DNA of 62,433 nucleotides, filler included, from 3 parts of 3 records of this genome joined end to end with filler, not necessarily neighbours in it; one strand, 5' to 3'; numbered from the whole stretch's first letter, positions 28,337 to 38,070 are shown. Notes: generated by a model from the letters alone, not told the origin. Program-made: numbers and translations.

Positions 28337-29253
28337 AGGTCATGCGCCCATGGTGGATTGGCCCCGGCGCGGCTGACGGTTACGGCGGCGGCCTTGGCCC
28401 CAAGGGCAAGTGCCGCGCGCAAGGTGGCCTCATCCAAATCGGCAACATGCGCTTTGGTCAGTTTGCCCGCCCGCTGCAGCCCGGCCAAAAGGCCTGCGTT
28501 GAACGTGTCCCCGGCCCCCACTGTGTCCACAACCGTCACTTTTTCGGCGGCCACATGGGTGACATGCCCGGCGGTATAGCCCTTGACCCCATCCCCGCCC
28601 ATGGTCAGGCAGACAAGCTTTGGCCCCTTGGTCAAAAGCAGTTCGATATGGGCCTCAATCTCACCGTCGCCCATCAGCCACAACAGGTCCTCGTCCGAGA
28701 CTTTGACAATATCGGCATGGGTCAGCATATGTTCGATTCGTGCACGATAACGGGCCTCATCACGGATAAATCCGGGCCGAATGTTCGGATCGATCATGGT
28801 GACGCGGGTTTTGGAGGCCTCAACAAACAACCTCTCATAGGCCGCGCCGCAGGGTTCGACCGGCAAAGAAATCCCACCACAAAACACCGCTTCAATCGTG
28901 TCGGGGAGGGGAGGGAGGTCGGCCTCGGTCAACATCCGCCCGGCGGTGTTTTCGTCATAAAACGCATAGGTGGCGTGACCATTGACCAATTTGACAAAGG
29001 CCACGGTACAGGGGCGATCCACGGTGAGGGATAGACTGCCATCCACATGGCTTTGAGCGAGGCTTTGTTTCAACAGATCGCCAAAGAAATCCTCTGAGAA
29101 GCCACTGAAAAAGCCCACATTCGCGCCAAGCCGCCCCAAAGCGATGGCGGTGTTAAACACAGCGCCGCCGGGGTAGGGCGCATAGGCGTCTTCGCCCAGC
29201 GTTGTGGTGCGGGGCAGCATGTCGATGAGGGCTTCGCCTGCGCAAAGGATCAT
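28333..29253 (-). CDS. PfkB-family carbohydrate kinase (fructokinase-like)
   Basis: [30 protein letters not shown]. Confidence 0.92.
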   Translation of the reverse strand: MILCAGEALIDMLPRTTTLGEDAYAPYPGGAVFNTAIALGRLGANVGFFSGFSEDFFGDLLKQSLAQSHVDGSLSLTVDRPCTVAFVKLVNGHATYAFYDENTAGRMLTEADLPPLPDTIEAVFCGGISLPVEPCGAAYERLFVEASKTRVTMIDPNIRPGFIRDEARYRARIEHMLTHADIVKVSDEDLLWLMGDGEIEAHIELLLTKGPKLVCLTMGGDGVKGYTAGHVTHVAAEKVTVVDTVGAGDTFNAGLLAGLQRAGKLTKAHVADLDEATLRAALALGAKAAAVTVSRAGANPPWAHDL

Positions 29254-29323
29254 GGGCCTGTCTCCTAGAAAGGGGGTTGCGTCGTTTTAGGGGTGTTAGC
29301 GCTATCTGTGCAAGAAAAAAGGC

Positions 29324-30448
29324 TCAAAACCCGCCTGTGCCCTGCTGATTCATCGCCACCACATAGCCCACGCCCGCCGCAACGATCAGCCCCGCGATCA
29401 CCGCCAAGGCGATTTTCCATGCCGAATAGGGCCGTTCGCCCTGGACCTTTCCGGTGCGGCCATTGACAACAAAGCGATAGGTCTTACCCCGGTATTTATA
29501 GGCCGCCATCCACACCGGCAAAAGGATATGTTTGAACGTCACCTCCGACACCGCCGTCTGGAGGTCGTGCACCCTTTGCCGATCTCCGCCAATGTCAAAT
29601 TTCACATCACGGACAATCACCCGGTCCATGTAGTCGCGCGCGCTCTCATATCCCTCTTCGAGCGGAACGGTATAGGCCGAGGCGCGAAACCCGGCCAAAT
29701 AATCCGGCACATAGGGTTCCAATTCGGACAGATCCCACGGCGCAAGCCCATCGGTGAACCGCGTCGGCAAAGCCTGTGAGGCCAACACCAGCACATCGTC
29801 AAAAAACCGCGACACGCGGCCGGATTTGGCCCGCCAGCGGGTGTGACGTTCACGAATGGTTTGGGTTTTGCCATCGCGGGTGATCGTGCGTGTGGTGTAA
29901 TAGTCATCGCCGCGCTCACCCCGGTATTGCGTCGCCGTCTGCGCATCAAAGGTCCAATTGGGCAGGTACATCCCCGACAATTGCCGCCCCTTGCGGGCAT
30001 AATCCTTGAGCCCATTTGGGGCAAACCACAAGCGACCAAGCCAATCTGTCATCGCGCTGCGCGCGTGCGCCTCGGTGAGGGCAAAGGGCAGGAGGCCATG
30101 CGGTTTGATCTGGCGGTGCACGCCTGTGTCCGTGACCACGGGCGTGGCGCAAAACGGGCATTCAGTGGCATGGATGTCGGCGTCAAATTCCACCTCCGCT
30201 CCGCAATTGGGACAGGTTGAAACGCGGGTCTCTTCCATCGCCTGATCCGGCAGGGTCGCGTTCAATGCAGCGCGAAAATCTAACTCTCGCGGGGGCGGGG
30301 CATCACCTTTATCAAGCGGTTGATCCGCGCCGCAATGGTCGCATTTGAGCAGCTTGGCCTCCGGGTCAAATCGTAAATCCGCCCCGCAGGCAGAACAGGG
30401 AAAGCGATGCTCCTGTGTGCTTTGGTCAGAAAATTTCTCTGAGTTCAT
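29324..30448 (-). CDS. Multi-zinc-ribbon membrane-anchored protein
   Basis: Four CxxC pairs (CSAC, CDHC, CPNC, CPFC), VNGRTGKVQGERPYS, C-terminal TM. Confidence 0.8.
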   Translation of the reverse strand: MNSEKFSDQSTQEHRFPCSACGADLRFDPEAKLLKCDHCGADQPLDKGDAPPPRELDFRAALNATLPDQAMEETRVSTCPNCGAEVEFDADIHATECPFCATPVVTDTGVHRQIKPHGLLPFALTEAHARSAMTDWLGRLWFAPNGLKDYARKGRQLSGMYLPNWTFDAQTATQYRGERGDDYYTTRTITRDGKTQTIRERHTRWRAKSGRVSRFFDDVLVLASQALPTRFTDGLAPWDLSELEPYVPDYLAGFRASAYTVPLEEGYESARDYMDRVIVRDVKFDIGGDRQRVHDLQTAVSEVTFKHILLPVWMAAYKYRGKTYRFVVNGRTGKVQGERPYSAWKIALAVIAGLIVAAGVGYVVAMNQQGTGGF

Positions 30449-30528
30449 GCATGTTTACCCGGTGTTAAGGGCGCAGAGCCCATGCTTCGACACAGCACAA
30501 CGCGCGTTGATGAATGTGGAGACGGGTC

Positions 30529-30912
30529 TTGCAAAAGAGGAATGAAGACACCCATGTGCGTGATGCCATTTGTGCCCACGCCTCTTGGACGCGGACGTTT
30601 TCGGAGTGTATTGATCACGGTAAACTCGAAAAAACATCACAGGACATCTCCTGTGACGATCAATGCGATTTTGGCAAATAGCTGGCTGGACTGTCGCCCT
30701 CTGCCAATGACCCGGCGATGAAGAAATTCAACATGATCAAAGCGATGCACACGCAGTTTCATGTCGAGGCGGGTAAAATTGCAGTTCATGTTGAAAATGG
30801 CGATCGCGCCTCGGCGCGCACAGGCTATGAAGCGCCCCATTTCAAACGGATGACCCATTCGTTGATCATCAATCTCAACGATTGGCGCGAAGATTTCCGC
30901 AGGTTTTCCTAA
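30529..30912 (+). pseudogene. Stand-alone CZB (chemoreceptor zinc-binding) domain gene with an internal stop
   Basis: DAICAHASW...QCDFGK*L...MHTQFHVEA; TAG at 30679-30681 sits at the conserved Trp of CxFGKW; TTG start after SD GGAG. Confidence 0.75.
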
Positions 30913-30935
30913 TGCGACAAGGCTGCGATGCTGTT

Positions 30936-31319
30936 TCATGCGGCGTCACGGTGTTCAAAACTCACGGCCTGCCCGACTTGGCGGCAAGACGAGTCGGTGA
31001 AGCGGATGACATGGCAAAATACCATGGTCCCAATCCCGTCTCTGGTCAAACGCCCGGAAACGGTGCCCGCTTTGCCATGGCAGACGACCTGATCAATCGA
31101 AATGCTTTGCGGCGGCACCTTATTCAGCAGGTGCGCCGTGATTGCATCGCGCCCAAGCACACAGGGCGTCGCGGTTTGATCCCAACTGGCCGTCTCAGAA
31201 AACACCCCATGATCCACTTCGCCCACACCCATAAGGGCGAGGGCGATCTCGGTCACTTTGGCATTTGTGGCGGACCGGTCGCAATCCGGCGACCGATGCA
31301 CCCGAGGGGCAAGAGGCAT
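30936..31319 (-). CDS. Small NTF2/SnoaL-like protein
   Basis: Begins 5 nt after the SPFH gene stop; GRDAI...IDQVVCHGKAGTVSG...FCHVIRF pattern. Confidence 0.6.
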   Translation of the reverse strand: MPLAPRVHRSPDCDRSATNAKVTEIALALMGVGEVDHGVFSETASWDQTATPCVLGRDAITAHLLNKVPPQSISIDQVVCHGKAGTVSGRLTRDGIGTMVFCHVIRFTDSSCRQVGQAVSFEHRDAA

Positions 31320-31324
31320 GAGCG

Positions 31325-32440
31325 TTACGCACCCGGCGGGGGCGGCGGCGGCGCGATGGTGAAAAGCTGTGCCAATTCGCGCACATCTTCGGCCTGCAAC
31401 CACCCATCCTGACCGGGGGTCCAGACGTAAGAGCTGCGTTTGAGTGTCCCCTTTGCGGCCATCTGCCCCATTTCCGCCTTGGAAAACGGGCCGGTTGTTT
31501 CGCCATTCTCGGCGATGTGCCAGACATGTTCGACTGGCGGCGGGGGTGGGGTTTGAGCGGCAGGTGCGGGAGATGCGGCGGCAGGACGCGCACCCCATGG
31601 TCCTGCTTGTGCGGCCATCGCCATGCCTATCCCGGCACCCATGCCCGCCCCCATCGAAGACGCCATCGCTGAATTCTCCGCGCCCATGGCTTCGGCGGCG
31701 TTGAATTTCATATAGCCATCGAGGTTGCCCACGATGCCCATCGAGGTGCGCTTGTCCATCGCGGCCTCGACTGCTTCGGGCAAGCTGATGTTTTCAATGT
31801 AAAATTCCGGGATGATCAAGCCGTATTCAGACACCACTTTGGTGATCTCGCTGGCGACCAATTTGCCCATATCCGCCGTGTTTGCCGCCATGTCCAATAC
31901 CGGGATGCCAGAGCTTGCGACGATCCGGCTAAAGGCCTGAACGATGATGTTGCGGATTTGGAACGAGATTTCATCCATGGTGAATTCGCCGTCTGTGCCG
32001 ACGATTTCGGTCAAAAACAGCGCCGGATCAGAGACTTTGACCGTGTAGGTGCCATAGGCGCGGATGCGCACCGGACCGAATTCCGGGTCGCGGCAGATGA
32101 TCGGGTTTTTCGTGCCCCATTTGAGGTCGGAAAACCGCGTGGTATTGACGAAATAGACCTCGGATTTGAACGGCGATTTGAACCCGTGATCCCAATGGTT
32201 CAACGTGGTGAGGATCGGCATGTTGTTGGTTTCCAACATATAAAGCCCCGGCGAAAACACATCCGCCAGCTGCCCCTCATGCACAAACACCGCCGCCTGA
32301 CCTTCGCGCACGGTCAATTTGGCCCCGTATTTGATTTCATGCGCTTCGCGTTCAAACCGCCACACCATCGTGTCACGGGTGTCATCCGTCCAATGGATGA
32401 CGTCAATGAATTCGCCAGAGAGAAAATCGAAAATACCCAT
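31325..32440 (-). CDS. SPFH (YdjI-like) domain protein with C-terminal GYF_2 domain
   Basis: VREGQAAVF, WGTKNPI, IENISLP; WHIAENGETTGPF...VWTPGQDGW; poly-Pro tails. Confidence 0.88.
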   Translation of the reverse strand: MGIFDFLSGEFIDVIHWTDDTRDTMVWRFEREAHEIKYGAKLTVREGQAAVFVHEGQLADVFSPGLYMLETNNMPILTTLNHWDHGFKSPFKSEVYFVNTTRFSDLKWGTKNPIICRDPEFGPVRIRAYGTYTVKVSDPALFLTEIVGTDGEFTMDEISFQIRNIIVQAFSRIVASSGIPVLDMAANTADMGKLVASEITKVVSEYGLIIPEFYIENISLPEAVEAAMDKRTSMGIVGNLDGYMKFNAAEAMGAENSAMASSMGAGMGAGIGMAMAAQAGPWGARPAAASPAPAAQTPPPPPVEHVWHIAENGETTGPFSKAEMGQMAAKGTLKRSSYVWTPGQDGWLQAEDVRELAQLFTIAPPPPPPGA

Positions 32441-32458
32441 CGGGGCCTCCTATGGTCG

Positions 32459-33424
32459 TCAAATATCCTCGCCCATCAATTCGCGTGCAATCACGACAGA
32501 GATCGGGCGGGCAACTTCGGGTCTCATGCCGGGCGCCAGACGCGGATCATAGAGCATCCGTAGCAAAAGTTCGTCATGGCGGGTCAGCAACGCAAACTCT
32601 TCGTCGTCGTTGAAAATCGACGGCCGTGCGCGCGGGCTGTCATTGGCCAGTCCCAGGCCCTGAGCGATTTCCTCGTGGAAACACGAGCGGCGCAACAGGT
32701 CCGGGTTCTCGGCGCGGATGATCGCCACCGCCTTGCGATACGCGCCGTCATTGGCGGGATCAGAGGCGATCACCAAGCAATAGGTCGAGCGCGGCATGTC
32801 GATGACAGAGCGGATCGCGTTCGCGCCGATGCCCGGAATGAGCTGGCTCAGACGCGGGCCAATGGCGCGGCGTTCGTCTTCGTTGAGCACCAGAATATTG
32901 AAGTTCGGGCGGGAGGACACGCTGATCGCATGGCCCGAGGCACGAGCCAGTTGCCCGGCAAAACTTTCAATCGTCGCGCGGTCCTTTTGACGCTGTTCCA
33001 TCGGCACAGAGGAGCCGAATTCAATGCCGAGCCGCACGGGCACATCCCAGCGATGCAGATCAGAGGGCGTGGTTTTGGCGATAAACTGCCCACCGACCGA
33101 GGTGTATTCGTCATTGAGCGCGATGGCGTCAAAATTCACCGCAAGCTGGCGCGCGGAAAAGGGCGTATCCGGCCCGCCCCCGTCCGTGCGCAACAGGTCA
33201 TTGGCCAAAAGATCGGCCTGAACCCGTGCGAAATAGGTCTGAAGCAAACGGCTTTCGGTGCTGCGCGGGGTGACGCTGGTGCTGTCTGGACGCAAAACGG
33301 GTTGCGATGCGTGGCTGGGCGGGCGCGCGATGGGCGGTGTGCTTGGACCGGGCACACAGGCCGACAGCGCGAGCCCTGCGCTCGCGCCGAGGACTGTCAA
33401 TCTTGCCCGACCCAAGGGACGCAT
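32459..33424 (-). CDS. DUF2927-like lipoprotein
   Basis: Lipobox LSAC; CFHEEIAQGLGLANDS...PSIFNDD. Confidence 0.82.
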   Translation of the reverse strand: MRPLGRARLTVLGASAGLALSACVPGPSTPPIARPPSHASQPVLRPDSTSVTPRSTESRLLQTYFARVQADLLANDLLRTDGGGPDTPFSARQLAVNFDAIALNDEYTSVGGQFIAKTTPSDLHRWDVPVRLGIEFGSSVPMEQRQKDRATIESFAGQLARASGHAISVSSRPNFNILVLNEDERRAIGPRLSQLIPGIGANAIRSVIDMPRSTYCLVIASDPANDGAYRKAVAIIRAENPDLLRRSCFHEEIAQGLGLANDSPRARPSIFNDDEEFALLTRHDELLLRMLYDPRLAPGMRPEVARPISVVIARELMGEDI

Positions 33425-34605
33425 CAGGAACGCACCGATGGCCCGGCGGCGTTGCTGGTGGCTTTGGCGGAGGCCAGAGTGTCGCGCAGATTGGCTTCCA
33501 TGGTTTTGAGTTCGACCTCGGCCTCGGCGCGCTTGCGTTTGCCCTCGTCGGCGATCTGAAGGCTTTCCTCAATGGTGGCGATCAATTCGGCATTGGCGGT
33601 TTTCACGGCCTCGATGTCAAACACGCCGCGTTCCATTTCGGTGCGCACGATTTTGTTGCCCTCGCGCAGGTTTTTAGCATTCGCGGTCAACAACTCGTTG
33701 GTCAGATCCGTCGCGGCTTTGATGTCCTTCGCGGCCTCGGTCGAACGCTGAATGGTCACGGCTTGGGCCAATTGGGTTTCCCAAAGCGGCACGGTGTTGA
33801 CCAGTGTGGAGTTGATCTTGGTGACCAGGGATTTGTCGTTTTCCTGCACCAAGCGGATTGAGGGCAGAGACTGCATCGTCACCTGACGGGTCAGTTTCAG
33901 ATCATGCACCCGACGTTCCAAATCGTCGCGCGCCGCGCGCAGATCGCGCAATTCCTGCGCTTTGATCACTTGGTCCTGCTCAGGCGCGGCATCGACGGCG
34001 GCGGCCAGAGCGGGGATGTCGCTCTCGTCCAATTCCTTGATCTTCAATTCGCCCGCCGCAATGTAAATCGCCAATTCATCATAGAAATTCAGCGTCTTAT
34101 CATAAAGCATATCGAGCGATTTGATGTCTTTGAGCAGCTTGTGCTCATGCGTCAAAAGATTGTCGGTGATCTTGTCGATCTGGGTTTGAATGGTCTCGTA
34201 GCGGGCGATGAATTTTGCCATCGGTGCGGCGCGGCCCAACAGTCTTTCCCACCAGCTGCGTTTGCGGCGCACATCGAGTTCGGACACGGAAAACCCGCGA
34301 ATGGTGGTGACGATGGAGCGCAGAGAGTCGCCCGCAGGCCCCACATCCTTGTTGCGCACATCTTCCAGCATCGCTTGTGAGATCACTTGCAATTCAGCCT
34401 GCGCCCCCGAGCCAAAGCGGACGATCGAATTGGTGTCCCCCATGTTGATCTCGGATTTCGCACGCTCGATTTCCGCGCTCAAAGGTGTGTTTGCCAAAGC
34501 CACCGGGTCGATCAACTCGCCCTTTGGCTCTGCGAGGACAACGGCGGTAACGGCTTCGACGTCTTTCAATGCGGCTTCGGCCTTTTGGCGGGTGGTGTCG
34601 GACAT
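33424..34605 (-). CDS. telA: Toxic anion resistance protein TelA/KlaA family
   Basis: Coiled coil; LERRVHDL, LPSIRLVQENDKSL, NTVPLW. Confidence 0.88.
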   Translation of the reverse strand: MSDTTRQKAEAALKDVEAVTAVVLAEPKGELIDPVALANTPLSAEIERAKSEINMGDTNSIVRFGSGAQAELQVISQAMLEDVRNKDVGPAGDSLRSIVTTIRGFSVSELDVRRKRSWWERLLGRAAPMAKFIARYETIQTQIDKITDNLLTHEHKLLKDIKSLDMLYDKTLNFYDELAIYIAAGELKIKELDESDIPALAAAVDAAPEQDQVIKAQELRDLRAARDDLERRVHDLKLTRQVTMQSLPSIRLVQENDKSLVTKINSTLVNTVPLWETQLAQAVTIQRSTEAAKDIKAATDLTNELLTANAKNLREGNKIVRTEMERGVFDIEAVKTANAELIATIEESLQIADEGKRKRAEAEVELKTMEANLRDTLASAKATSNAAGPSVRS

Positions 34606-34641
34606 GGAACGGTTCCCCAGTTAAGAACTTGAAAAGTTTAC

Positions 34642-35547
34642 TTATTTGATGCCTTCGCGGGCAAGACGGTCACGCAGGACCTCAATCTCGATATCAAGAT
34701 CAGTTTTGCTACCCAAAAGTAACGCCTCATTGCGCGCGGTGAAATTTTGTTCGAGATCATCAAGCAGCGCGAACCAATCCTGACGCGCCTCAGCGTTTTT
34801 GGTGCGCGCCCAAAGGTCAGCATATTTGATCGTCGCATCGCGCGCGCCCAGCAAATAAACCCCAAGATATTTGCGCGCAGCGGTCAAGTCGCGCGGGTCT
34901 TCCTCGACAGTGCGAAACATATCGCGGGCGGTTTTGATAAAGGCGTCAAGGCGGGTTTCGGCGGCGCGGTCGCCCGACCGCGACAACGCTTCGCGCATGG
35001 CGTTCAAATGCGCTTCCGCCTCGTCAATCGCTTTGGACACCCGGTCTTGTTGAAACGTGTCAATGTCATCCATGCCTTTGTTTTTCAAAGGATCAAAACC
35101 AAAGGCGAGGCTGTGCAGCACGGTGCCGAGACTGGCAAAAATCACCGTCTCGACAGGGCCCCAGCCGAACCAGCCGACAAGGCCAAGCCCGACGCCGGTC
35201 AAGACAGAGCCAAAGATTTTGCGCGGGATCGCGGGGCGACGCGAGATTTTGCGCGCCTCATAGGCTTCTTCGGCCTTTAACCCTTCACGGGTCAAAAACG
35301 CCGCCCCCACAAGACATCCCAAGGCCGCTAAATAGCCTGCCATAACAATGGGTTCGGCGGAAAATGCTTTCCACGACAAGGGCAGACCCGCGTAGAACAA
35401 CAGGTTTGAGCGCGCGCCGACGCGGGACGGACGTTTGCCATCAAAAGGGCGGTGTTGCGGGGGCGGGGGTGTGCCCGCGCCCTCCGGTTTCGCCGGAGGT
35501 TTCGGGCTGCCATCGGGTGAATAGGTCGAACCATACCGTTGGGCCAT
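34642..35547 (-). CDS. XpaC-family (5-bromo-4-chloroindolyl phosphate hydrolysis) membrane protein
   Basis: Four TMs, then EDPRDLTAARKYLGVYL, DLDIEIEVL; classic upstream partner of telA. Confidence 0.85.
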   Translation of the reverse strand: MAQRYGSTYSPDGSPKPPAKPEGAGTPPPPQHRPFDGKRPSRVGARSNLLFYAGLPLSWKAFSAEPIVMAGYLAALGCLVGAAFLTREGLKAEEAYEARKISRRPAIPRKIFGSVLTGVGLGLVGWFGWGPVETVIFASLGTVLHSLAFGFDPLKNKGMDDIDTFQQDRVSKAIDEAEAHLNAMREALSRSGDRAAETRLDAFIKTARDMFRTVEEDPRDLTAARKYLGVYLLGARDATIKYADLWARTKNAEARQDWFALLDDLEQNFTARNEALLLGSKTDLDIEIEVLRDRLAREGIK

Positions 35548-35550
35548 GGA

Positions 35551-35637
35551 TCACATTCCCTGCGCTTTGATCGTGACGTAAAAGGTCAGCGCGACCAAAA
35601 GATAATAGGCCAGTTTTGAAAACGGACTGTCGCTCAT
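35551..35637 (-). CDS. 28-aa single-TM small protein (not in ORF track)
   Basis: MSDSPFSKLAYYLLVALTFYVTIKAQGM*; SD-like GAAAGGG upstream; stop is 3 nt before the xpaC start. Confidence 0.6.
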   Translation of the reverse strand: MSDSPFSKLAYYLLVALTFYVTIKAQGM

Positions 35638-35746
35638 GGCCACCCTTTCGATCAAACGCAGTGTTCAGGTCCAGATATAGGAAGAAATTGCGCGCTGCGA
35701 AAGAGTTAAGGGGAGCATCTGCCCCCCTTTCCCCGATGTTCTTTTG

Positions 35747-37264
35747 TTAGGTCTTGCCTCTCGGCGGTTTCCCGCCCGGCTTGCCACCGGGCTTGGTTGC
35801 GTGGGATTTGAACCCGGAGGAGCGGGGTTTGCCCTCCGCGCCGCCGCCGTGGCTTTTGAAACCTGCGGATTTGAAACCGCCCGGTTTGCCGCCTGGCTTT
35901 CCACCCGGTTTGCCAAAGGGCCGACCTGCGGGTTTGCCATCGCGATCGCCACGGGACTCGCCTCGTGAATCGCTGCGGGATTTGAAATCACCCCGAGAAT
36001 CACCCTCACGTTTCTTGAACCCACCCTCGGGCCGCCCGCCACCCGCATCGTCGCGGCGTTTGAAACCGCCAGGTTTGCCACCCGGCTTACCGTCACGATC
36101 ATCGCGGGATTTAAAGCCGCCTTCGCCGCGCGGTTTGCCGCTAAAGGGACGATCCCCACCCGCATCATCGCGGCGTTTGAAACCGCTAGGTTTGCCGCCC
36201 GGTTTGCCACCGGAACGATCATCACGGTCGCCATAGGCCGGTTTGTCTCCACGCGGCTTGAACGGCGCTTTGCCGTCCACGCGGCGATCACCTCCGCCAG
36301 AACCTCCACACGCGTCATTGCGGCCTTTGGTTTCGGTGCGCGGACCGCCTGGCTTGCCGTCGCGCGACACTGTCCGTTTCGCGCCTTGTGGTGCGCCGCG
36401 TTTGGAAAACCCGCCATCGCCAACCTCAAGATCCATGCCCAACTGATCGCGCAGCACACGGGCGCGGACCTCTTCGACCTGACCGGGTTGCAAGGTGCCA
36501 AGGCGGAACGGGCCATAGGACAGCCGGATCAGGCGGTTCACCACCAGTCCGATATGTTCCATCGCGCGGCGAATTTCGCGGTTTTTGCCTTCACGCAGAC
36601 CGACGGTCAGCCAGGCATTGGCGCCCTGTTGCCGATCAAAGGTGACTTCCATGCCCTGAAAGTCCTCGCCGTCAATGGTGATGCCATTGCGCAGCGTGTC
36701 CAATGTCGCCTCAGAGGCGGTGCCTTTGACGCGGACCCGGTATTTGCGCAGCCAGCCGGTGTCGGGCAGCTCAAGTTTGCGTTTGACCTCGCCATCGTTG
36801 GTCAACAAAAGCAGGCCCTCGGAATTGATATCCAAGCGACCGACAGACATCACCCGCGGCATTTCCACCGGCAATTTGTCAAACACCGTTTCGCGGCCTT
36901 TTTCGTCCTTGGCCGTGGTCACAAGGCCCAATGGTTTGTGATAGAGCCACACGCGCGGCGGTTCGGGTTCGCCCACTTCTTTGCCGTCGACATAAATGCG
37001 GTCTTTCGGCATGACGTTGAGCGCGGGGGAGACCACTTTGCGGCCATTGACCGTGACGCGGCCCTCGTTGATCAAGTCTTCGGCTTCGCGGCGCGAGGAA
37101 ATGCCGGCGCGCGAGAGCACTTTGGCGATGCGGTCGCCCGGATGGGGCTTGTCCGCGTCACCAGAATGATCCGATCCGGGTTTGGAATGCGGTTTCGCGT
37201 GGCTTTTGTAGCCGGTGGGTTTGGACGGTTTTTTAGGTGTGTCTTTGGGCGTGTCGTCGGTCAT
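35747..37264 (-). CDS. rluB: 23S rRNA pseudouridine synthase RluB with a long low-complexity tail
   Basis: S4 domain RIAKVLSRAGISSRRE, VGRLDINSEGLLLLTNDG, EGKNREIRR. Confidence 0.9.
   Translation of the reverse strand: MTDDTPKDTPKKPSKPTGYKSHAKPHSKPGSDHSGDADKPHPGDRIAKVLSRAGISSRREAEDLINEGRVTVNGRKVVSPALNVMPKDRIYVDGKEVGEPEPPRVWLYHKPLGLVTTAKDEKGRETVFDKLPVEMPRVMSVGRLDINSEGLLLLTNDGEVKRKLELPDTGWLRKYRVRVKGTASEATLDTLRNGITIDGEDFQGMEVTFDRQQGANAWLTVGLREGKNREIRRAMEHIGLVVNRLIRLSYGPFRLGTLQPGQVEEVRARVLRDQLGMDLEVGDGGFSKRGAPQGAKRTVSRDGKPGGPRTETKGRNDACGGSGGGDRRVDGKAPFKPRGDKPAYGDRDDRSGGKPGGKPSGFKRRDDAGGDRPFSGKPRGEGGFKSRDDRDGKPGGKPGGFKRRDDAGGGRPEGGFKKREGDSRGDFKSRSDSRGESRGDRDGKPAGRPFGKPGGKPGGKPGGFKSAGFKSHGGGAEGKPRSSGFKSHATKPGGKPGGKPPRGKT
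35760..36250 (-). repeat. Degenerate coding repeats (GGKP, GFKRRDD) in the RluB tail
   Basis: Recurrent GGCAAACCGGGC-like units encoding GGKPGGKP and GFKxR. Confidence 0.75.
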
Positions 37265-37357
37265 GAAAAGGCCTCTCTTTGGGCCGCTCATACTCTGACA
37301 TAGCCCCGTTTAAAAGAGCCTTGCTTGGATTGCGCGGTTTTCTGGGGCCTTTGATAC

Positions 37358-37392
37358 AAAAACCGGCCCGCACGGGGGCACGTGCAGGCCGG
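37358..37392 (-). terminator. Rho-independent terminator of ompW
   Basis: Minus strand CCGGCCTGCACG-loop-CGTGCGGGCCGG then TTTTT. Confidence 0.8.
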
Positions 37393-37446
37393 ACCATCAT
37401 GGATGGGGTGTGAGGCCCCATCCAATCTCTTGAATGAGAGGGCCTC

Positions 37447-38070
37447 TTAGAACGAGTAAACGTAGGACATCCCGATGACCCAAGGGTCGATTTCGGCTTT
37501 GCCAATTTTTGCACCATCGAGTTTGACATCGCTGTCGATGTCAATCCAGCGCACATCGGTCCGGAACGCGCCGTGATCGCTCATTTTGTAGTCAAAACCC
37601 GCATGAAGCGCGACGCCCCAAGAATCGCTGAGGTCCAAATCATGGCCTGCGATTGCGCCTTTGGCAGTTTCATCGAAAAACGCAGTGTAGTTGAGGCCAA
37701 CGCCGACAAAGGGCGAGAACTGTTCGCCACCGTTGAAGTGGTACTGCACTGAGATGACGGGCGGCAGGTGTTTGGTCGAGCCAATGCGACCCAAGCCGGA
37801 GGCATCAATGTCATGCATGAAAGGTACGGCGCCGAGCACTTCGATGCCAATGTTATTGGCGACGAAATACTCAAATGTAAGGGTCGGGCGGACGCTGTCC
37901 CCAATATCAAGCGTATTGGCCCCGCCCAAAATGGTGCCATTGTCTGATTTTGGCACCACGCCGCCAAGGCCGAAGCCCAGAGACATGGTCCCCGCCTCTT
38001 GCGCGGTTGCGCCGGACAGTCCGGCGAGGGTCAGGGCGAGGGCGGTGGCAAAAAGTGTCGTCGTTTTCTT
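37447..38070 (-). CDS. ompW: Outer-membrane protein OmpW; expected start codon reads AAG
   Basis: Signal peptide KTTTLFATALALTLAGLSGATA-Q, TKHLPP, PFVGVGLNYT, IDPW, terminal F; SD AGGA then 6 nt then AAG at 38070. Confidence 0.85.
   Translation of the reverse strand, partial: KKTTTLFATALALTLAGLSGATAQEAGTMSLGFGLGGVVPKSDNGTILGGANTLDIGDSVRPTLTFEYFVANNIGIEVLGAVPFMHDIDASGLGRIGSTKHLPPVISVQYHFNGGEQFSPFVGVGLNYTAFFDETAKGAIAGHDLDLSDSWGVALHAGFDYKMSDHGAFRTDVRWIDIDSDVKLDGAKIGKAEIDPWVIGMSYVYSF

Noticed and set aside
29324-30448. Primosomal protein N'/helicase
   Set aside because: No Walker or helicase motifs; only zinc ribbons and a C-terminal TM
30679-30681. Pyrrolysine or programmed read-through at the CZB TAG
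   Set aside because: The position is a conserved Trp, one substitution from TGG, and no pyl genes are visible
35760-36250. Repeats as a CRISPR array
   Set aside because: Degenerate in-frame coding repeats of the RluB tail; no constant repeat with unique spacers and no cas genes
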